A DNA stretch of 26,938 nucleotides from Bacteroidota bacterium. GTDB taxonomy: Bacteria > Bacteroidota > Rhodothermia > Rhodothermales > UBA10348. Numbering within the stretch: the first letter of the stretch is position 1; every line of letters begins with the position of its first letter. The stretch covers positions 1 through 26,938 of the forward strand of contig SMXK01000067.1 of the NCBI GenBank assembly GCA_004356265.1. Direction: 5' to 3'. Positions 1 through 9,998 of this stretch are shown here, piece after piece. The notes under the pieces were generated by a model. That model ran no database searches, was not told where the DNA came from, and worked only from the letters and a program-made list of their open reading frames with translations. The translations under genes were made by a program, and so were the position numbers.

Positions 1-2
1 AT

Positions 3-2237
3 CCGTGGGACGCTAAACATCTCCCTATAAAGAAAATCAAGTTTCTGAGCGACACAATCCTGCGCTTCGATGTGACGTCATCACAGGATGAAGAAGAGGA
101 CGAACTCGATGAGGAAGATGAGCTCGATGACGAAGAAAAAGATCAGGAGGACGATTCCGAAAAGGAAGAGGAGAAACCAGAGAAGAAGGTATTCCATTTC
201 GAGTATGATATAAACTCCCGAACGGTTCGGGAGCTCAGCGATTGGGAAGAACCAGATAACCACCCATCGTGGGCCGCGATTTCTCCGGATGGAAACACGG
301 TTGTATTCGGCCGGAATCACAATCTATGGTCGATCAGTGGCGACGTTTATGAGAAGGTGCTTGCAGCGCGGGTTGGAAAAACCGGCGATGATGCTGAAGA
401 AGCCGAGGATGAAATAGAAGTTACCGAGACACAACTGACCGAAGACGGAGTTGAGCATTATAGCTGGGTAGGCAGTTCTCGTGGTAAAGACACTGACCGA
501 GAGGAGAATAAAGACAAAAGAAAACGAGTCAGCGTGGCATGGTCTCATGATTCAGCGAAGTTTTCAATAGTCAGGCGCGACCAGCGGGAAGTGGGCGATC
601 TTTGGGTCATCCATTCTGTGGGAAATGAACGGCCAGAACTCGAGACCTATAAATATGATATGCCCGGAGAGGAGGACGTCACTCAGTCAGAGGTGATGCT
701 TTTTGACCTCGAGGACGGTACCGCTTTGATTCTGGACGCGGAATCATTTACGGACCAGTCGATTTCAGTATCAACTGCGCGGCAGTTCTTCTATCCCGAC
801 AGCGATGAGCCACGCAGGTCTTTATGGCTATCCGACGATTCTGAATTTTTCTACTTCAATCGGGCCTCCCGGGATCTTAAACGCGTCGATGTTTTGCGAG
901 CAAATACCGCGACCGGCGAGATTCAGGTTCTATTCGAGGAGAGACTCAACACATACATTGAGATGAAGCGATTGGAATTACTGGATTCAGGTGAAATGAT
1001 CTGGTGGTCAGAGCGAGACGGTTGGGGACATCTATATCGCTATGCTGCAGACGGGACTATCATAAACCAGATCACTCGCGGGCCGTTTTCGGTTCGCCGC
1101 ATACTGGATGTTGATGGGGCCAAAGGAGTGATCTATTTTACGGCCAATGCCAGGGAAAATGGCGAGGATCCTTATTTCCAACACATTTACCGCATAAATC
1201 TGGATGGAAGCGGAATGGAGCTGTTGAATTCCGGAGATTTCGATCACCGGACAAGCCTGGGCCCGTCGAAAAAATATTTTGTTGACAACTACTCCCGGGT
1301 TAACACCGTGCCCGCTGCCGGATTGTACAGTACAGCCGGACGGAAAGTGGTGGATCTCGAGACAGCCGACTTTGACAGATTGTTTGAGGCGGGGTATCAA
1401 TTTCCAGAACCGTTCACGGTAAAGGCCGGCGATCATATTACCGATCTGTATGGCGTGATGTACAAACCATTCGATTTCGACTCGACTAAGTCGTATCCCA
1501 TCGTTGAATATGTATATCCCGGACCCCAAACAGAATCGGTCTCTAAATCGTTCTCTACGAGTCGGTATGAGACTGCGCTGGCGCAGTTCGGAATCATCGT
1601 AGTGACAGTTGGCAACCGCGGCGGTCATCCTGCACGCTCCAAGTGGTATCATAATTATGGTTACGGCGATCTGCGAGATTATGGCTTGGAAGATAAAAAA
1701 GTGACTGTAGAACAGCTGGCCGACAGATTTGGCTATATCGATACTGAACGGGTGGGTATATATGGCCATTCGGGAGGTGGATTTATGTCCACAGCTGCTA
1801 TGTTGGTGTATCCAGACTTTTTCAAAGTCGCCGTATCGTCCTCGGGTAATCACACAAATGACGTGTACAATCGGTGGTGGTCCGAAAAACACCATGGTGT
1901 TGAAGAGGTTGAGAGTGATTCGGGCACCGTATCATTCAAGTACGACATTGATAAGAATCCGAGTCTTGCCGAAAACCTGAAGGGGCACCTTCTGTTAACT
2001 ACCGGCGATATTGACAATAACGTCCATCCTGCGAACACGTACCGAATGGTCGATGCCCTGATCAAAGCAAATAAACGTTTCGACTTTTTCTTGTTTACCG
2101 GTCAGCGCCATGGATATGGCAGTATGGCCAACTATTGGTTCTGGCTACGGGCAGAATATTTCGTAAAGCACCTTCTCGGGGATTATCGCTGGAACGTGGA
2201 TCTGATGGAATTGAATAGGGATAAAGCGAAGAGCTGA
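3..2237 (+). CDS. S9B family dipeptidyl-peptidase IV-like serine peptidase (DPPIV_N propeller + Peptidase_S9); 5'-truncated by the window edge
   Basis: The frame is open from the first full codon at 3 (PWDAKHLPIKKIKF...), so the ORF-track GTG at 72 is internal. It has the nucleophile motif GHSGGG, Asp motif GDIDNNVHP, His motif GQRHGY and propeller repeats (SPDG, WSHD, RDGWGHLY). Confidence 0.93.
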   Translation, partial: PWDAKHLPIKKIKFLSDTILRFDVTSSQDEEEDELDEEDELDDEEKDQEDDSEKEEEKPEKKVFHFEYDINSRTVRELSDWEEPDNHPSWAAISPDGNTVVFGRNHNLWSISGDVYEKVLAARVGKTGDDAEEAEDEIEVTETQLTEDGVEHYSWVGSSRGKDTDREENKDKRKRVSVAWSHDSAKFSIVRRDQREVGDLWVIHSVGNERPELETYKYDMPGEEDVTQSEVMLFDLEDGTALILDAESFTDQSISVSTARQFFYPDSDEPRRSLWLSDDSEFFYFNRASRDLKRVDVLRANTATGEIQVLFEERLNTYIEMKRLELLDSGEMIWWSERDGWGHLYRYAADGTIINQITRGPFSVRRILDVDGAKGVIYFTANARENGEDPYFQHIYRINLDGSGMELLNSGDFDHRTSLGPSKKYFVDNYSRVNTVPAAGLYSTAGRKVVDLETADFDRLFEAGYQFPEPFTVKAGDHITDLYGVMYKPFDFDSTKSYPIVEYVYPGPQTESVSKSFSTSRYETALAQFGIIVVTVGNRGGHPARSKWYHNYGYGDLRDYGLEDKKVTVEQLADRFGYIDTERVGIYGHSGGGFMSTAAMLVYPDFFKVAVSSSGNHTNDVYNRWWSEKHHGVEEVESDSGTVSFKYDIDKNPSLAENLKGHLLLTTGDIDNNVHPANTYRMVDALIKANKRFDFFLFTGQRHGYGSMANYWFWLRAEYFVKHLLGDYRWNVDLMELNRDKAKS

Positions 2238-2276
2238 ATTCGGCCGTAAGAAGTCCGTTCTGGATCCGCGTCAATT

Positions 2277-3161
2277 TTAAAATACGCGGTTGATCACAAA
2301 TCCGAATCGGATGTCTCCATCAGCAAATGATTCGCTGTTTCTGGCCATGACGTGTTGTTCGGTGAGCCACTGCGACGTTTTCAAGAATAGCTGAAAAACG
2401 TGCCCGCCTGTTTCGAAGTTTACCGCAATAGCAAAGGCATCAACAGTGTCTGTTGTGCGCTCACCGAGTACTGGTAGATACTCTGCCAGTAAGGAAATCT
2501 GTTCAGTCAGGAGGTACCGCATGGCAAATCCGATCGCGTAATGTGTGTTTTGTTCAAGGCTGACGGGTACACCGCCATCGGTTTCACCGAAAACCGTGTT
2601 GAAATGAGAAACCATTCCTGTTATTTGAAGACTGATCTTGTCTGACATTCTACGTGCCAGAAGAATGCTCCCAAAATAATTCAGTCGATCAATGAACTCG
2701 AAACCGTTTGCCACTGACATGATGCCAACATCACCGACCAGGGCGATTTCTATCGGTATCGCGTTATCCTTCGTTTGTCGGAGAACGTTCCATTTTGCGC
2801 GGAAGTCATATAATTTATCGAGTCGGGAGCGACCAACACCGAGGGATAAACGGTCTGTTATTCCATAGTCCAATCCAAACCGGATATTCGCCGGATCGTC
2901 CATACCCCAAAGCGACTGAATACCACCGTTCAATTTTCCAAACACATGCATGATGGTGAAATTCCAGTTTCGCGCATCGAGATTTTGGACAGAACTGCTT
3001 ATGACGATTTTTGGCGTCAGGAATAGTTCATCCACGGGTCCGCCGGGATCAGCACGTTTCCGATCCATCTGAGCGATCGCATCCGTTTGAATCCCGCTCA
3101 CAATACATGCGGCCAAAATGACTACTATCGAAGAATATCTCTTAAACACGGGAAAATTCAT
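2277..3161 (-). CDS. DUF5777-family outer-membrane beta-barrel protein
   Basis: Signal peptide ending AIA|Q, family-like segments (HVFG..., ANIRFGLDYGITDRLSLGVGRS, ETGGHVFQL), alternating beta-strand pattern and C-terminal Phe (INRVF) typical of BAM substrates. Confidence 0.8.
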   Translation of the reverse strand: MNFPVFKRYSSIVVILAACIVSGIQTDAIAQMDRKRADPGGPVDELFLTPKIVISSSVQNLDARNWNFTIMHVFGKLNGGIQSLWGMDDPANIRFGLDYGITDRLSLGVGRSRLDKLYDFRAKWNVLRQTKDNAIPIEIALVGDVGIMSVANGFEFIDRLNYFGSILLARRMSDKISLQITGMVSHFNTVFGETDGGVPVSLEQNTHYAIGFAMRYLLTEQISLLAEYLPVLGERTTDTVDAFAIAVNFETGGHVFQLFLKTSQWLTEQHVMARNSESFADGDIRFGFVINRVF

Positions 3162-3730
3162 TCTGAAATGCGTTGTAGCGTCGCTGTGATAGTAATTCGC
3201 TGGTCTTCATCGACTTTAAATATCAATAATTTGGGCGGCTCGATATTGTAGTCACCAAGTCGCAATATCCATGACGCGCTTAGAATCAATGTTTCGCCTG
3301 ATACCTTAATTTCACCCGTAATCGTAACCGGGCGCGTCACGCCATTAATTGAAAAATCCCCTATCGCCGTGACCGGGTAAGAGTTGTCCGAAGTGGGATC
3401 GATGGCGCCATGAAGTCTCCCATAAAACTCTGCGAACGGATTTTTTTTCGTACCCAGGGTCTGACGCATATCTTTGTCTCGCTTACCTATTCCCGTTTTT
3501 AGAGATTCAAGATCAAGATAGAAATCAAGAGTGGAATCAGGAAAACTGATGCGCCCGGCGAGATACTCTGATTCTCCGGTAAACTCGAACAACGGCATGC
3601 TGGATACAAATGCTGCGTGCCCCGACTCGGTAGCCCATACTTGTGCGGCGGCAGTGTCGCTTATGAAAACGAGAGAGAGATTGGCGGCAATCGCGACAAG
3701 GAAGCAGATTTTGTAGAATGACATTCTCAT
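3158..3730 (-). CDS. YceI-family periplasmic polyisoprenoid/lipid-binding protein
   Basis: Signal peptide ending AAA|Q and YceI motifs (SLKTGIGKRDKDMR, GDFSINGVTRPV, DYNIEPP). Its stop overlaps the next ATG by 4 bp (3158-3161). An alternative ATG lies at 3724. Confidence 0.9.
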   Translation of the reverse strand: MRMSFYKICFLVAIAANLSLVFISDTAAAQVWATESGHAAFVSSMPLFEFTGESEYLAGRISFPDSTLDFYLDLESLKTGIGKRDKDMRQTLGTKKNPFAEFYGRLHGAIDPTSDNSYPVTAIGDFSINGVTRPVTITGEIKVSGETLILSASWILRLGDYNIEPPKLLIFKVDEDQRITITATLQRISE

Positions 3731-3741
3731 CAGACTCGCTT

Positions 3742-4152
3742 CTAATTATCCTTTGCACCCTGATTGATCCAGTCCCGGATTGTTTGGATCTGCTCGCTGC
3801 TAAGTGTCGGTGCATTCAAAGGCATTCTTGACCCGTTCTCAGGGGAAGGACTGATCTTGTCGATTATCGGACTGTCGGTCGCGTTACCCGCTTCGATGAC
3901 ATTTATCCCATACACGAGGCCAACACTGCTGAGAGCTGAGTCGTGTGTCGATAAATCTACACCATTCGTTGCCTGAGAAATATGACATAATGCCCCACCA
4001 CACGTAGCCTGAAAAATAGGATTTACTTGTGTTGCGTAGCTGACTGGATCCGACGGAATTTCTCCGATTTCAGTTAGAATGGTCTCATTCTGGCATGCTG
4101 GAAACAACGAAGTCAGGACCAGCAAGGCGGCGCCAGCAATCCGTCTGATCAA
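3742..4152 (-). CDS. Monoheme c-type cytochrome lipoprotein (planctomycete-type cytochrome c domain) with CX4CH motif
   Basis: Lipobox-like LFPA|C20, CGGALCH at residues 51-57 (nt 4002-3982), candidate distal Met in SRMPL (M110) and C-terminal IRDWINQGAKDN typical of this domain. Confidence 0.75.
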   Translation of the reverse strand: MIRRIAGAALLVLTSLFPACQNETILTEIGEIPSDPVSYATQVNPIFQATCGGALCHISQATNGVDLSTHDSALSSVGLVYGINVIEAGNATDSPIIDKISPSPENGSRMPLNAPTLSSEQIQTIRDWINQGAKDN

Positions 4153-5036
4153 AATGGCGCCTCTTGTACGTTTTTCATCATTTCCCGCGTCTTTCCAATC
4201 GCATCACGTCCGTTCATTTGATAGACCCAATATCTTTCCACGCCCTCCGTTCTCATGAAAAGCTGCATGGTGCCCTGCGTTTTGTGCTCAGCAATCATCC
4301 AATTTGCGATGATATTGTAGTTAAGCCTGCCATCCTGCCCGAACGGGGTACTTCTGTCGAATGTGAACGGGCCGTCCTTGAAGATTCTGGTCTCAGGATG
4401 TCCCTCCAATTCGGTAAACTTGGCGACGACATCATCCATCATTCCGGTAACGAATCCTCCAAGAATAATCGGACGATCGTTTTTATCCATTCTGGAGACG
4501 GCCTGAATGGCCAGAATTGTCGCGGCTTTGTGATGAGAATGAAACGGCTTGATCGGCAAATGGGTGAAAACGAAATCATAGTCTCCTTTGTCAAGAAAAT
4601 AGTCGAGCCTCTCAGCTACAAATTTTCTGTCCCAGACAAACGCCAGAATTGAATCCTGATCTTCGGTCTTTCCAAGGTCCGGCTGGTCCAAAAACATGTA
4701 GTTCCGAATACCCGCAATCAATCCCCCAGCCATCAATTCTCGTTTTCGTATTGCCGGAAGATGTGTCCTGGCCGTCTCCGGATCTGTCAGATCCAGCCCG
4801 TAGATAGCCCCGGCAAGAGTGGAAAATCGATACCCACCAGCTCCATCAGTCACCAGCGCAAGGTCGACGCTTCCACCAAGAGCGTGGGAAACCCGGTACA
4901 TGGTAGCCGCAAACATTACCTCGTCGTCGGGATGCGCAGTCACCACCAAAATTTTTGGCGATTGATTGCTCATCTGAGCGGCAACGGGCGAGGCGCATAC
5001 AGACGAAACTAGAACCAGAAGAAGTAATCGGTACAT
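4149..5036 (-). CDS. Exported PIG-L/LmbE-family Zn-dependent N-acetyl deacetylase
   Basis: AHPDDE motif, RKREL segment and second metal motif HSHH. Signal peptide ends VAA|Q. It overlaps the cytochrome gene by 4 bp. Confidence 0.88.
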   Translation of the reverse strand: MYRLLLLVLVSSVCASPVAAQMSNQSPKILVVTAHPDDEVMFAATMYRVSHALGGSVDLALVTDGAGGYRFSTLAGAIYGLDLTDPETARTHLPAIRKRELMAGGLIAGIRNYMFLDQPDLGKTEDQDSILAFVWDRKFVAERLDYFLDKGDYDFVFTHLPIKPFHSHHKAATILAIQAVSRMDKNDRPIILGGFVTGMMDDVVAKFTELEGHPETRIFKDGPFTFDRSTPFGQDGRLNYNIIANWMIAEHKTQGTMQLFMRTEGVERYWVYQMNGRDAIGKTREMMKNVQEAPF

Positions 5037-5190
5037 GGTTGGGCGGTGTCGATCGATGTTAGAGTTTTTTTCACTCCTGTATATACGGATGATAAGGGAA
5101 TGTTCGATTTGTTTGAAGGCAGGAATCAGACACCTTACCTTGGTATGAATGCATCACAGATTTGTCATCTATTAATGTATACAGGCTCAC

Positions 5191-8453
<3,263 letters not shown>

Positions 8454-8467
8454 TAAGGCTTTCATCG

Positions 8468-9991
8468 ATGTCCACATTGGATTATATCGTATTACTTGCA
8501 TACCTCATCGGTGTGATTTGGGTTGGGCTTCGAATGTCCGGCAAGCAGGTCTCTGTCAAAGATTATTTTCTTGGTGGCAAGGATTTACCCTGGTGGGCTG
8601 TGTGTTTTTCGATCGTTGCTACAGAGACAAGTACACTGACCATTATCGGAATTCCTGCTGTTGCGTTTGGCGGCACCATGGTGTTTTTACAGATCACAAT
8701 CGGGTATCTACTGGGTCGAACGATCGTCGCGTTAGTTTTCCTGCCCAGATACTTCGCGGGTGAGCTGACTACAGCGTATGATTATCTCGGCCAGCGTTTT
8801 GGACCCAGAATGCAGACTCTGTCTTCTATTACCTTCATGGGCACCCGTCTGCTTGCCGATGGCGTCAGGTTGTTTGCGACCGCCATTCCACTAAAAGTAA
8901 TCGCCGACTCCACAGGCATGGACGTCGGGTATCCTATAATCATCGTGAGCATCGGGTTACTTACGATGTCGTATACGTATATGGGTGGATTAAAAGCCGT
9001 GGTCTGGATGGATGTCATACAGATGGGACTTTATCTGCTTGCGGCTATCGGATCGATCTGGGTTCTGCTTTCCAACCTGCCAGAAGGAGGCCTCGCCATT
9101 CTGGAGGCATCCGGTAAATTGATGGTATTTGATTTTGGCAATTGGGAAATAAACAGCATTCTAACCCAGCCGTACGTATTTGTGACAGCCGTAATAGGTG
9201 GTGGCATATTTTCGATGGCCTCGCATGGAACGGATCATCTGATCGTTCAACGTTTACTTGCGTGTCGAACTTTGGCGGACAGCAAAAAAGCATTAATCGG
9301 AAGCGCATTTATCGTAGCGCTTCAATTCGCGATATTCCTGGTCGTAGGAGCACTATTGTGGGTTTACTACGGAGGAGCTTCCCTCGCAGAACTGGGGCTT
9401 TCGAGGGGAGATGAGGTATTTCCCCGGTTTATCCTGGAGGGACTCCCATCCGGAGTGTCGGGGCTCGTGCTGGCCGGTATTCTTGCAGCGGCTATGAGTA
9501 CACTTTCTTCGTCTCTAAACGCTCTTGCTTCGTCAACGCTAACCGATGTTCTTTCGAAAGTCAGGGCGTGGAATGAAGCCAACTATAATCCCCTGAAAGC
9601 ATCCAGGTTAATTACGCTCATGTGGGGCATCGTTTTCATGTTTTTTGCTACACTTTTTGAGGATCAAAAAAACCCAGTGGTTGAATTGGGGCTTTCGATT
9701 GCTTCTTTTACATATGGATCTCTTCTGGGTGCGTTTGTGTTAGGCATGCTGTCCGAACGCGTTAAAGAAAAGGAAGCGATGATCGCATTCGGACTTACCA
9801 TCATCGTGATGGTGGGCGTCATATTTGGAGTCTGGTATGGCCCGGATACAGGCTGGATATTCGTATTCAAACCAGACGCTGCGGTAATCGCGGCGGGCAA
9901 TTTGAAATCAATTGCATGGCCCTGGTATACAGCTATCGGTTCTGTGATAACGATAGTCGTTGGTACAAGTCTATCATATCTGCACAAGTAG
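8468..9991 (+). CDS. Sodium:solute symporter (SSS/SLC5 family), substrate unresolved
   Basis: Many TM helices plus SSS motifs DYFLGGK, SIVATETS, YTYMGGLKAVVWMDVIQ, QRLLAC and AAAMSTLSSSLNALAS. Confidence 0.93.
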   Translation: MSTLDYIVLLAYLIGVIWVGLRMSGKQVSVKDYFLGGKDLPWWAVCFSIVATETSTLTIIGIPAVAFGGTMVFLQITIGYLLGRTIVALVFLPRYFAGELTTAYDYLGQRFGPRMQTLSSITFMGTRLLADGVRLFATAIPLKVIADSTGMDVGYPIIIVSIGLLTMSYTYMGGLKAVVWMDVIQMGLYLLAAIGSIWVLLSNLPEGGLAILEASGKLMVFDFGNWEINSILTQPYVFVTAVIGGGIFSMASHGTDHLIVQRLLACRTLADSKKALIGSAFIVALQFAIFLVVGALLWVYYGGASLAELGLSRGDEVFPRFILEGLPSGVSGLVLAGILAAAMSTLSSSLNALASSTLTDVLSKVRAWNEANYNPLKASRLITLMWGIVFMFFATLFEDQKNPVVELGLSIASFTYGSLLGAFVLGMLSERVKEKEAMIAFGLTIIVMVGVIFGVWYGPDTGWIFVFKPDAAVIAAGNLKSIAWPWYTAIGSVITIVVGTSLSYLHK

Positions 9992-9998
9992 TTACGAA

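Noticed and set aside
1032-1895. 287-aa minus-strand ORF and other small ORFs inside the peptidase gene
   Set aside because: These are antisense or alternative-frame shadows of a gene with an intact catalytic triad, and they have no recognisable motifs.
2238-2276. Terminator between the convergent peptidase and DUF5777 genes
   Set aside because: No convincing stem followed by a U-tract on either strand.
3073-3080. HIP1 octamer GCGATCGC, with CGATCG recurring elsewhere (e.g. 2531, 5050, 24938, 24942)
   Set aside because: I noticed only one full octamer. The hexamers are plausibly explained by ATC/GAT/TCG codon usage, and I could not compute a codon-aware expectation.
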